From Octopus sinensis (Eukaryota): 64,000 bases of DNA. Every line of letters starts with the position of its first letter. Position 1 is the stretch's first letter. The translations under genes and the position numbers were made by a program. A model generated the notes under the pieces. It was not told where the DNA came from. It worked only from the letters and a program-made list of their open reading frames with translations, and did no database searches. Positions 12,735 to 26,849 of this stretch are shown one piece after another. The stretch covers positions 93,372,001 to 93,436,000 of the forward strand of contig NC_043002.1 of NCBI RefSeq assembly GCF_006345805.1, given 5' to 3'.

Positions 12735-13204
12735 TGGATAATTTCCAAAAATCTCTGTTACTGGGGAGCTTTGCCTGTTCAAGGTTAACTTTACAGGCAT
12801 GCTAGAGCCATCAGCCAAGCATGTCCGAGATGCATACAGGACAAGATGGTCCTGCATGTACTCGTCCAGTGCCTGAGCATTGCTGACCTGTGAGTTTATG
12901 TCAAACACCTGCAGTTGCGTGTGGGGTGGATCTGGCTGTCAACTGAATTCATCGTGAAGATCACCCTGCAGCCTTCCTTTAACCAGGAAGGAAAAGCTGT
13001 GTTTAAAGGCCTGGTGGCCATGGTGAAAAAGGTTGTATGGTGGACAAAATTGAAGGGGCTCAAGACAAATGCTTTTCTCTTTGGCCAATCCCTGAAAAGG
13101 AAAATAAGGGTAGAGAGGGAAGTGTTGTCTTCTAGCCAGTTTGCTGAAAGGTGGATTTAAGTGGTGAGAATGGTACAAGTGAATGGGTCTCACTTGAGCA
13201 TATG
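12735..13204 (+). mobile_element. Tx1/L1-clade LINE ORF2 C-terminal fragment (copy 1)
   Basis: MDNFQKSL..GALPV..ACPRC..VLHVLVQC (zf-RVT-like CCHC)..EGKAVF..VVWWTKLKG..RVEREVLS..ERW, with stops. Confidence 0.8.
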
Positions 13205-14025
13205 CGCTGACGATAACGAGCTGAGCAGTCTGTTCGGAAAGATTTTCAGGCTGGGGCCAATGGATAATTTCTAGAGGTCCCTCGCCTAGCAGTGTTACCG
13301 AGGGGCTCTGCCTGTTCGAAGTGCCGTCAGCCGGACCTGCCCGAGGTGCTGCCAGGACGACGAAACTGTTCTGCACACACTTGTCCAGTGTCTGAGTATT
13401 GCTGAACTAAGGGTTTATGTCGAACAGCTACTGTCGCGTATAGGACGGATCCGGCTATCAGCTGAATTCATAGTGAAGATTGCCCTGCTGACCTTTAACC
13501 GGGAGGGCAAGGCGGTTTTCCTTTGCCTAGTGGCTGTAGCGAAAGAGGTGGTATGGTGGACCCGTTTGAAAGGGCTAAGGTCAGACACTTTCCTCTTTGG
13601 CCCAGGCCTCATCAACTTTTTCAAGTTTCACTTGAAAAGGAAGATGAGAGTAGAGAGGGAAGTGCTGTCCGATAGCAAGTTTAATGAAAGGTGGATAAAT
13701 GTCGCAAGAATGGCCAGTATGAAAGGAGCCATTCTGAGATTACACCTGTGATTTAAAAAAGTAATATAAAAGGAGAAAGGGGCTCTCTACCCACCTTTTT
13801 TTGACCAGGCTCCTGTTGACTTTTATGGTTTTTTTTCCATCAGGAACCTTTCATAATGCCTCCCCCTTTTGGGAGATTTTCATTGTTATAATCTTTTGTT
13901 GTTAAACTGTTTTTACTCGGATTTTTCACAAACGGACAAAACCCTTTGTAACCTTTCGTCCTGTTTTGTCCCTTTATGTGATAATTGATTTTTGTCAGCC
14001 CTTGTGGCCAATAAAAGAATTATTA
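13205..14025 (+). mobile_element. Tx1/L1-clade LINE 3' end (copy 2) with 3' UTR and (ATT)n tail
   Basis: GALPVR..TCPRCCQDDETVLHTLVQC..EVVWWTRLKG..RVEREVLSDSKFNERW..LRLHL* (stop ends 13751). The 3' UTR ends cccttgtggccaataaaagaatt(att)n. Confidence 0.85.
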
Positions 14026-14035
14026 TTATTATTAT

Positions 14036-14460
14036 TAGCTGGCAGAATCATTAGCACACTGGACGAAATGCTTAGTGGTATTTCACCTGTTGCTATGTTC
14101 TGGGTTCAAATTTTGCCGAGGTCAGCTTTGCCTTTCATCCTTTCGGGGGTTGATAAATTAAGTACCAGTTGAACACTGGAGTCGATGTAATCAACTCATC
14201 CCTTCCCCTGAAATTGCTGTCCTTCTGGCAAAATTATTATTATTATTATTAATATTATTATTATTATCATTATTAAGGCAGTGAGCTGGCAGAATCATTA
14301 GCATACTAGACAAAATGCTTAGCAGTATTTTGCCTCTCGCTATGCTCTGGGTTCAAATTCTGCCGAGGTCAACTTTGCCTTTCAACCTTTTGAGGTTGAT
14401 AAATTAAGTACCAGTGAAATTTCAGGCCTTGTGCCTTTAGTAGAAAGGATTATCATTATT
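14036..14460 (+). mobile_element. Two head-to-tail SINE family B2 copies
   Basis: gctggcagaatcattagca..gttcaaatt..gccgaggtc..ctttgcctttcatcc occurs twice, separated by (att)n. Confidence 0.8.
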
Positions 14461-15131
14461 TAAAAACAGTTTGATTCGGTTCCATGTGACTCAAAGTTTT
14501 GTAGGCCTTTAACAGAAACCCCATGTCTTTCAGACTTAGATTACCAAATCAGTTTAGAAAGTTTTGTTGAATGAAAGTGTTTTAAATAATACATGTAATT
14601 CCAACAAAATGTGTCAAGTGCCTTTTTCTTTCATTTGTCCACCCACTTGTGAGAATTTTATTTGACGTTTAGTAAGCCCCTAGTCACTGGATACATCTCC
14701 TTCACATTATGTATATATAAGCGTGCATGTGTATGTATGTATTGCTTATGGTTGCCTAGAGAGATCAATGTTGACCGTTTTCTTCAATTGTGGATCCTCT
14801 GATGACTAATTTTTAAAAAGCAGCAGCAGCAAAGAGGATGTAGCACTATAGTCATCCAGAATCAGCATCGACGCCTCCAATGCTTGTCTACCTCTCTCCC
14901 AGGCAGATGAATTTGGACAAGAAATAGGATACCTTCAGTCCCAAGGTAGTTTTAAAGTAGACTTATAATACTTTGAAACTACTTTGGGAAACTCAAGCAG
15001 TTCTATCTCTTACCCCTTATCCTCATTGTTCTATCTCTTTCCCTTTCACCTCCCTGTGCTATTGCTAAGCCGTCGTTGACGTCTCCTTTGATAGGACTTG
15101 TTTTTGTCTTGCTGGGTTTCTAGCAACCCTC

Positions 15132-15533
15132 GGATCTTTTCGGTTTGAACGGTAGTTTCTAACATAATTTCTAGGTAACTAAAAAATTTAAAACTTCGTA
15201 TACTGGTAGAATGTGTTTATAAAACATCTTTTTCTCTTGGCTTTATTGAGTAAATTCTATAGTTTGTAAGATATTTGTTGTTGTTTTTTCTTCAATTTCT
15301 ACCAATCAGTGACGTCTATTGAGGTAAAAATCATTCTGTGCCGTATGAATATGTCCCTCGTTTTAGAAACAGATTGGGTTTATTTACATTTCTGAAGAAA
15401 AAAAGATAGCCTTCCCCTAACCCTAACCCTAAAAGAGATTGAAATGCAATAGATCGATACTAGAGTCATAATTATGGGTGACAATTTCATATGACACCGC
15501 TAGAAAAAACTGCCGTTCAAACCGAAAAGATCC
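15132..15533 (-). mobile_element. ~400 bp TIR MITE (Merlin-like, GG termini), flanked by a 35 bp direct duplication
   Basis: TIR ggatcttttcggtttgaacgg / ccgttcaaaccgaaaagatcc with internal ccctaaccctaaccctaa. Flanks 15097-15131 and 15534-15568 are identical except for 1 nt. Confidence 0.8.
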
Positions 15534-16359
15534 CTTGTTTTTGTCTTGCTGGATTTCTAGCAACCCTCTTTACAGTCTAGTTTGGTGGGGGTACGGTTTT
15601 GTCATGGTCGACGCGATAATGTAATAGGTAGTACTGGTTTGCATGTTACTAGTTGCACTCAAAGCAATACATTCACATACGTTTGTTTTGACACATCAGT
15701 ACACAATTCAGAATTTTCTATATTGCTTCTGTATAATAAGTTTATATATATATAGAAGAGGAGGAGTGGTTAAAGATAAAGAAATATTTGTCTGTGTCCT
15801 GTATTTGCAACGTAAAGAAGTGTGGTAACAGAACTGCTTTTCTCGTATATTACGTACGGTTTAGTGCGTGTGGTGCGATTAAGAAAAGATCAGCCAGTCG
15901 CTCTCTATCTGTCTATTTCTTTCTTTAATGTTTACAATATGAGATATTTAATAGTTGCAGTTATAGTATGAAGATGTATTAGATCTTATTTTGTCAGTTC
16001 TCTCCTTCCTCAGTTTCAATTAAATTGTAGTGGAAATGTGGTTCAAGTACCAACTTCATCGCTGAAAATAAGGCTAGTCACTAGAACTTAATTGATGGGA
16101 TGGTGAATCTAGCCAAAGAAGAGTGAGATGTGATACTAGCGGAAGTAGTGACTAAAATTTCAGACGGGATCCTTTGTTAAATGGCAAGCCTCTCCTAAAT
16201 TTTAATGTTTGGGTCAAGTGCTAAACAACACCTGCGTATGTGGCCTCAAACAGGCACCGTGAGGGAATTCGCTATGTGGTCGATAGACTTGTTAGAAATA
16301 GCAGCCAAATCTCCATTAAAATTACAGGCAATCTTTCGTCTCTAGTAGACCTTTCCGTC

Positions 16360-16714
16360 GATTTCCGTAAAGAAATTTCTTTTTTTTTACATATGGGCTT
16401 GCGGGAACTTTTGAAGTAATGAGAGCGAAAGAGACTAAGAGAAAGCGATTGTATGACGAGGGAAGTTCTTTTGAAGTTACCGTGCATGGGAAGCATTGAT
16501 GTACGTGTGTGTGTGTGTGTGTTTGATGGGGTGTGGGAGACAGACAGTATGTTGTGTAAGTGAAGTGCTTCTGTTAGTGTGTGTGAAGAGACAGAGTAAT
16601 GTGTGAAAGAAAGAGATAACTGAAATTTTTTACTCGGTGTATGTGTATATGTATGTATATTACTTCAAAAGTTCCCGCAAGCCCATATGTAAAAAAAAAA
16701 TTTTTACGGAAATC
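16360..16714. repeat. Dispersed repeat bounded by ~58 bp inverted repeats
   Basis: Arms at 16360-16420 and 16659-16714. The interior is homologous in reverse orientation to about 26618-26840. Confidence 0.65.
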
Positions 16715-17035
16715 GCCAAATTACACCATACTTCATTGTAAAAAAAGAAAAAAAGATACATTGCATAACATATTCAGATATACTTATCCTGAAAAGATAA
16801 CAGAATGTTCTTTGATCGTAAGTTTAGAGCTAATCTTGGGTCAAAAAACAGCAACAGTCTGATAATAGTTCTAATCTGGGATTCTCAACAACTTATTAGA
16901 CCTAGTAAAAATGAAAGTGATTAGCTGAAATTTCTGGAGGTTTATGGTGCTAAATTAAACACATAACAATGCAAACGTTTAAATTAAACGTTTATAACTA
17001 AGGTAGTTGCATTTTTACGAAGAAATGGCCTTTTA

Positions 17036-17415
17036 GTTTACTCTTTTACTTGTTTCAGTCATTTGACTGCGGCCATGCTGGAGCACCGCCTTTTAGTCGT
17101 GCAAATCGACCCCGGGACTTATTCTTTGTAAGCCCAGTACTTATTCTATCGGTCTCTTTTGCCAAACCGCTAGGTGACGGGGACGTAAACACACCAGCAT
17201 CAGTTGTCAAGCAATGCTAGGGGGACAAACACAGACACACAAACACACACACACACACACACATATATACATACATATATACGACAGGCTTCTTTCAGTT
17301 TCCGTCTACCAAATTCACTCACAAGGCATTGGTCGGCCCGGGGCTATAGCAGAAGACACTTGCCCAACCATGTGGTTGGTTAGCAAGCTACTTACCACAT
17401 AGCCACTCCTGCGCC
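17036..17415 (-). mobile_element. SINE family A, near full length with internal deletion
   Basis: Ends agccactcctgcgcc (reverse head) and carries the tail ttactcttttacttgtttcagtc. Confidence 0.8.
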
Positions 17416-17564
17416 TATAGTTGATGAAGAAAATGTTGCACCATACCATCGTTATAGTGGAGAAATGAAGGAAGCTCGAAGAAAAGGGGGGAAAACGGTG
17501 AAATTTTGCCAACATAATGTTGCAAAACTTATGGCTGCCAAACTTATTGGTCTATCCGCACCAG

Positions 17565-17961
17565 GGATCTTTTCGGTTTGAACGGCAGTCATATTAAATT
17601 GTCACCCATAATTATGACCCTAGTATCGATCTATTGCATTTCAATCTGTTTCAGGGTTAGGGGTAGGGGAAGGGTATCTTTTTTTTTCTTCACAAGTGTA
17701 AATAAACCCAATCTGTTTCTTAAACGAGGGACATATTCATACGGCACAGAATGTTTTTTTTACCTCAATGGATGTCATTGATTGGTTGAAATTGCAAAAA
17801 TTGAAGAAAAAACAACAAATATCTTACAAACTATAGAATTTACTCAATAAAGCCAAGAGAAAAAGATGTTTTATAAACACATTCTACCAGTATACGAAGT
17901 TTAAAATTTTTTAGTTACCTAGAAATTATGTTAAAAACTGCCGTTCCAACCGAAAAGATCC
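17565..17961 (+). mobile_element. Merlin-like MITE copy
   Basis: Same TIRs and body as the copy at 15132. No TSD recognisable. Confidence 0.8.
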
Positions 17962-19084
17962 CAACGACGAAAGAAAGGGGGAAAAAAACTAATTCAAGAA
18001 TGTCTACCATTTTAGTATATCAACAATGCTAACTGTAAGGTTGTTGTTTAGCCCCAGGTCAGTCCTAATAAGCAGACCTATGGTTAAAGACATCCCAGGA
18101 CCACATTATCTAACGTGTCATTTTCTAAGATGGTGTGTGTGTGAGATTTGAAGGAGATGTGGCTTCTAAGACTACACTCCAATGACTCCTTCTTTTCTGT
18201 TTTGGACCGGCCGTGGGCCTGAGTTAAGGAATATTTCTAACAGGTCAAGTTCCCTCGTCGATTTGAAAAGTGAGTGAAGTTAGTTGGGGTCGTGGGAAAG
18301 GGAGGGGGGATAGAAATGTAAAATGTTCTGTAGAGATCACTTACATGTTTTGTTTGACCTGGCTGCAAATAGCAGTCAAACCTCCTCTGAATCAATCGCT
18401 ACTTGCTTTAAAAATGACCATTGACTTACATTATCATAGATAAACTATCTAAAAAAAAAAAAAAGAAAAGACAAATTAGTCTCGGCTGGACCGTCTCTAA
18501 TTATTTAGATATTGGTCTGTTTGAGCAAGACTAAACAAGTCTATTGAACCTTGTGGTGTGCGACCAATTGAGGCACTTGGTGTTGAATTGATGTGTTCTT
18601 TTCCTTTTCTTTTTGTGTTTTTCTTTTCTCTTTCTTTCTTTCCTTGTTTCTCCTTTTCCATAAGAAGTGTGGAAAATTACTATAAGAAGTAGAGAAAGAA
18701 ATGTAGTAAAAGTACACTTTCATTGTATTTAAGACTTGGCTGTGCTCCAGTTTAGCCATGGTTGTGATAGCTTTAAACAATTAGAGGCAAAAGAAAATTA
18801 AAGTTGTAGTTGCTGTTATAGTTCCAAATCAGGCCTGATCGAGCAAGTCTACGACCAAAGCCATCCCAGCTGTGACCATCTCATCGATTTCCTGTGTTCA
18901 TTGAACAGAGGGCCACATAAGCCGATGCTCCTAATAGGTAGAAGTGACAAGGGGAGATTTGGCTGCTACTTCTTGTGGATCAGACGTTTCTCGTTTAGTT
19001 TTTTTTTTTTTTTTTTTTTACTGGAATCAAGGAAAAAATGGATTGATTGATGTTTAGTCCCAGGTCAGCTTTAATCGAGAAGGC

Positions 19085-20030
19085 AGTGAGCATCCTGGTT
19101 TATTCTGGCAGAAACGTTAGCACGCTTAGAAAAATGCTTAGCGGTATTTCATCTGCATGAAATACGGAGAGCTGGCAGAAATGTTAGCACGCCGGGCGAA
19201 ATGCTTAACGGTATTTCGCTTGTCGTTACGTTGTGAGTTCAAATTCCGCCAAGGTTGACTTTGCCTTTCATCCTTTCGGGGTCGATAAATTAAGTACCAG
19301 TTACGCACTGCGGTCGATGTAATCGACTTAATACCTATGTCTGTCCTTGTTTGTCCCCTCTGTGTTTAGCCCCTTGTGGGTAGTAAAGAAATAGGTATTT
19401 CATCTGCATTTATGTTCTGAGTTCCGATTCTGCTGGGGTCAACTTTGCCTTTCATTCTTTCAGGGTCAATAAATTAAGTATCGGTGAAACACTGGGTCTA
19501 TGTGATTGACTAGTCCCCTCCCAACAAATTTGAGGCCTTGTGCCTCCAATAGAAAGAATTATTATTATTAAGGTGGCGAAATGCTTAGCGAGCGAAATGT
19601 TTAGCGATATTTCGTCTGTCGCTGCATTCTAAGTTCAAATTCCGCTGCGGTCAACTTTACCTTTCATCCTTTCAGGGTTGATAAAATAAGTACCAGTTGA
19701 ATACTTAGGTCGATGTAATCGACTTATCCCGTACCCCGAAATTGTGGCCCTGGTGGCAAAATTTGAAATTATAATTATGAAGGCGGTGAGCTGGCAGAAT
19801 CGTTAGCACGCTGGACGAAATGCTTAGCGGTATTTCGTCCATTTTTACGTTCTGAGTTCAAATTCCGCTGAGGTCGACTTTGCCTTTAATCCTCTCGAGG
19901 TTGATAAATTAAGTACCAGTCAAGTACTAGGGTAGATGTAATCGAATAGTCTCCTGCCGCCAAATTTCTGGCCTTGTGCCTTTACTAGAAAATATTATTA
20001 TTATTATGAAGGGTGCGAGCTGGCAGGATT
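19085..20030 (+). mobile_element. Array of SINE B copies; a B1 copy is nested in a B2 copy with a 16 bp TSD
   Basis: TSD ggtatttcatctgcat at 19143-19158 and 19394-19409. Further B2 copies follow, each after an (att)n tail. Confidence 0.8.
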
Positions 20031-20034
20031 ATTG

Positions 20035-21140
20035 TAGACCATTATATCAAACGCGGTTACAATGAATCGAGATTAAAGGAAATAGCAAATGACATAGCGT
20101 GAAGATTTGACTTATGCATAAGTCAAATCTTCACGCATAATTTTAGCAAACACAGTACAATATGTGACAGAATTCCTTTGGTAATTTAGTGGCACCGAAA
20201 TTTCGCTGGAATTTCAAAAGTGTTGCATGAAAGTTACCAGCATGTTGCGGAAAATATCCTCGTTTCAAGCAGATATTTCCTCAGCTGCCTATTGTAGCCT
20301 TTAGACAGAATAGAAATATAAAAGAATTATTAACCTCTACTTTTAACTCCAAGAAAACTAACATTGGAATATCTGCACGCTGTACCTTGAAAAACAGCCG
20401 CAAGAGAGGTAAGCCCTGTTCATTGTGCAACAACATGAGTTAAGTGTAATCCACCAGGAATCGTAACAGAAATGTTATGATTTATAAAGAAGGTGGGACA
20501 TGTAGAGATTCCCATTTCGTGTATGCGACAGAATGCACAAAACACAACTTGATTTATGTTGGTTGTACAACAGAACAAAAGATTCAATGGACACAGATAT
20601 GATGTCAGGCACAATAACAGTAGTTCAGCAGAACTTGCCGAACATTTTACATCAGACGGCTGCAATTTTGAAAAAGACTTGAAGGTGCATTTTCTCAGAA
20701 AATATTCTGAATCTGCTACGCTTTCAGTACTTAAAATGCATGAGGAGAAATGTGTCTGCGGGTTATTACCATCACGCCCTGAAGGAATGAATAAAATGAC
20801 AGGAGAATTCCATCAAATTTACACAAACTGTTTAATTAAATATTCTTTTTCCTTTCTTTTTCTTTTTTTTCTGTTTTTCCTTTCTTTTTGCCAGTTGTAA
20901 AACTGAACTTTGAAGACTGATGATGTCATTCCATCAACGCGTGGATACTGATTGCTCTCGTTCATACTTGGATTTGAATTTCTATAATTTTGAAGTTTTA
21001 TCACTTTCCATTTTGAACTCGATAAAGACAGGCTTGCTGTCGAAATGTCGTTCAACCAGTAAAATATCTATTGTAATCGCATGGTGCTCTTCATATTGTT
21101 TATTTACTTTTGTGAAGAGTTACGTCAATCCTTTTAAAAT
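20035..21140 (+). mobile_element. Penelope-like element (Neptune-like, Cys-rich linker) 3' fragment with pLTR
   Basis: DHYIKRGYNES..RIPLVI..FKQIFPQLPIVAFRQNRNIKELL..RGKPCSLC..TCRDSHFVYATECTKHNLIYVG..KRFNGHRYDV..LAEHF..PEGMN, i.e. the RT C-terminus and GIY-YIG domain, with frameshifts and stops. Confidence 0.88.
21013..21055 (+). ncRNA. Minimal type I hammerhead motif, U3-A8 core variant
   Basis: UUGAAC-UCGAUAA-A-GACAG(gcuug)CUGUC-GAAA-U-GUC/GUUCAA. Stem I is 6 bp and stem II is 5 bp. Lies downstream of the PLE ORF. Confidence 0.7.
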
Positions 21141-21454
21141 ATAATAATAATAATAATAATAATAATAACGATAGTAATTATTATTAAGGTTAGGGTTATT
21201 ATTAGGACGGCGAGCTGGCAGAATCGATCGCTGCCAGACAACTTGTTTAGTGGCATTTTGTCTGTCTTACGCTCTGAATTCATATTCCGCGATTTTGCCT
21301 TTCATCCTTTCAGGATTGATAAAATAAATACCAGTTGAGGTTGATGTAATTAACCTCAAACTTGCTGGCCACGTGCCAAATTATGAAACCATTATTATCG
21401 GCTGAATCCATCGTGAGGATTGCTCTATCGTCCTTTTTTTTTTTTAACACGTCA

Positions 21455-21710
21455 GGGTAGGCGGTGTTCCTATGTCTAGTACCTATGGCGAAGGAGGTCG
21501 TGTGGTGGACAAGGCTGAAAGGATTGAGGAAGACACCTTCTTTCTTCGGTCAAGCTGTCATCAATTTTTTAAGGTTCCACTTGGAAAGTAAAAATGAGAG
21601 TGGAGAGGAAAGTGTCACCTTCTTGTGAATTTATGAAAAGACGGGTGACTGTAACAAAAATGGTTAGAGTTAATGGCCCTATGCTAAGTATGCGCCTGTA
21701 GATTGGAGAG
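21455..21710 (+). mobile_element. Tx1/L1-clade LINE ORF2 C-terminal fragment (copy 3)
   Basis: GRRCSYV..AKEVVWWTRLKGLRK..KMRVERKVSPSCEFMKR, homologous to 13500-13750. Confidence 0.75.
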
Positions 21711-22046
21711 CATGCGAGAAGAAGGCTCGTGCCTTTGGTGGTCAGGGTAATCCAGGATTTGTAGAGTTCCTTTGCTGGTCCTATCTGGAGTATCAGGAGG
21801 ACTGCACAGTTCATGTTATCACATAGTTTGTACATTATGTAAACTTTTATCGCATTTCGCTGTCTTTTCCATTTCTTCCTTCTCATCTCTTATATAAATC
21901 TCCACACAAGTTATATGTGATGTCCTCTTCTTCATGTCCCTCTGACTAATTAAAGAACTTCTTCTTCTTCTTCTTGTCTTCTTCTTCTCCTTCTTCGGTC
22001 ACACTGGTCTCCCAACTAGTCTTCCCACGGATCCCTTTTAATAGCT

Positions 22047-22321
22047 TATATATATATGATTTATAATATATATATATATATTATATAGATTATTATATAT
22101 ATATATATAGTATAATATATATTTTATATATATATATATATTATATTATATATATAATATATATATATATTTATATATAGATTATATATATATATTTATA
22201 TATATATATATTATATATATATATTATATATATATATAATATATATATATATATTATAATATATATATTATATTATATCTATATATTTATATATAATATA
22301 TATTTTCTATATATATATATT

Positions 22322-22353
<32 letters not shown>

Positions 22354-22434
22354 ATATTATTTATATATATATCTATATATTATATATATTATATATATTA
22401 TATATAATAATAGTATATTATATTATAATATATA

Positions 22435-22482
<48 letters not shown>

Positions 22483-22613
22483 ATATATATATATATATTA
22501 TATATATATTATTATTTATATATATATATTATATATATAATATATAGATATATATATTTAATATATGATATATAATGATTATATATATATTTATATATAT
22601 ATATATATATTTC

Positions 22614-22664
<51 letters not shown>

Positions 22665-22685
22665 ATATTTTTATATATATATACT
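22047..22685. repeat. Degenerate (TA)n microsatellite
   Basis: Almost pure TA with scattered indels. Confidence 0.95.
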
Positions 22686-23028
22686 TTATTTTTTACTAGC
22701 CCTTCTGAGCTCTGAGAGAAGGTTCGAATTTGGCTAATCTTGAAACGTACGTAATCAATAACCTTTGCATTTATTTTTTAATGTCTCTACCCATACTTTC
22801 TTGGGTTGATTGAGCAAGCACTATATGAGAGAGGTTTTCTTTAAGTGTTAGAAATAGTTTTTTTAGCTGCTATATCTAACGAGTATAGTTCATGGGCGGC
22901 AAAAGTAATTTATTTTACTAAGCCCTTTATATAATGTATAATATATTGAATTTGCCTAAATGGTCCCTTTGCATACTGAATACTTGGTGAAATGATTAAT
23001 TAATTAAATGATTTTACCCTCAATTGTT

Positions 23029-25714
<2,686 letters not shown>

Positions 25715-26554
25715 CTAGCAGAATTGCCCGGCGTTTGCTCGGGCTGAATGCTTAAAGTACTGTTAATGATTGCACTGAATTATGATGATTATTCAGGCAA
25801 ATATTTAAATAGCTTACATGGGAGATAAGGACTTAACGCCAAACGTGTGCCATTGCATTGTTTTGGGGAAAACCAATTTCTGATGAGCATTTATAGGGGC
25901 ACTAACTTTAAGTTTGAGAAAGTGTGGTGTAGTCCGGGGTGCTCAAAGGAATTGAGTACCTCTATTGATAGTTTATGACGTCCTCTGGTCAGGAGTTGTA
26001 TCGATAGACTGATATACATCGACTTCCCAGGAAATAAATAGTTTTAGCATTTCATCATTAAATAAATGGTTAACATTTTATATTCCTCGGGGCAGTATAG
26101 CCTTTTTGCCAATCCAATCCATATCTGATAATAGCTGTAAATCTGGAAACTGCATCTGTGATATCATAGGCGTCTTAACAATGGTACAAATGGAATCGAT
26201 GGCTAATATTACCATTTTTCATCCCCGGTATTTTGCCTTCGCCAATGGCAAGGAGAGTGTTAGGAATGCTGGTGATGTATATTACGTCGCATATGGCACG
26301 CATATTGGTGTGAAGTTTGAGAGTTACTTCCGTATTATTTTAAAAAATATGCTTAAAAAAAATGGAAAAAAGATGGTTAATTATTTGTAAAATCATAGAC
26401 TCATCGTAGACGTGCGCTAATACCCAGAAGGGCTCGATATGAATCACGACTATAAGAATACCCGGTTTTGTTAAACTGCAATCGCAAAATGTGAGAGTAG
26501 TTTAGGAATCTAAATCGGAGTAGACAGCACACAACCTTTCTTTATATATAAATA
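25715..26554 (-). mobile_element. Internally deleted Helitron carrying a Pif1-type helicase remnant
   Basis: 3' end ...gagcaaacgccgggcaattctgCTAG|T. The 5' ~170 bp match the element at 53477. The interior translates on the minus strand to LKLHTNMR..LLAIGEG..FPDL..W..KAILP..YQSID..EVLNSF..LKLKV..MLIRN..CNGTRL. Confidence 0.85.
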
Positions 26555-26849
26555 CATACATACACACACACATACATACACACACACACATCATACATGC
26601 ATACATACATATACACATAAACCGAGTAAAAAATTTCAGTTATCTCTCTCTTTCACACACACTAACAAAGCACTTACGTCACTTACACAACATACTTGTG
26701 TCTCCCACTCCATCAAACACACACACACACATCACACATGTACATCAATGAGTCCCATGCACGGTAATTCAAAGGAACTTCCCTCGTCATACAATCGCTT
26801 TCTCTAGTCTTTTTCGCTCTCATTACTTATGTAAAAAAATAAAAGTTTT

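Noticed and set aside
12939-13376. 145 aa minus-strand ORF
   Set aside because: Antisense of the Tx1 LINE fragments, with no recognisable domain.
15412-15434. (CCCTAA)n as evidence of a chromosome end or fusion site
   Set aside because: It is an internal part of a multi-copy MITE, not a telomeric array.
15570-16270. Non-repetitive segment with some CpGs and a GCGGAAGT ETS-like motif as a possible promoter
   Set aside because: Isolated short motifs with no convincing exon or splice signal. Insufficient support.
20917-20950. CTGATGA motif upstream of the 21013 hammerhead
   Set aside because: No GAAA or closing stems at a suitable distance.
22700-22760. HHR-like CTGAGAG-AAGGTT..AATCTT-GAAAC-GTAC-GTA
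   Set aside because: Stem II and the palindromic stem III fit, but the core is one base short and stem I does not pair. Counted only as a degenerate remnant.
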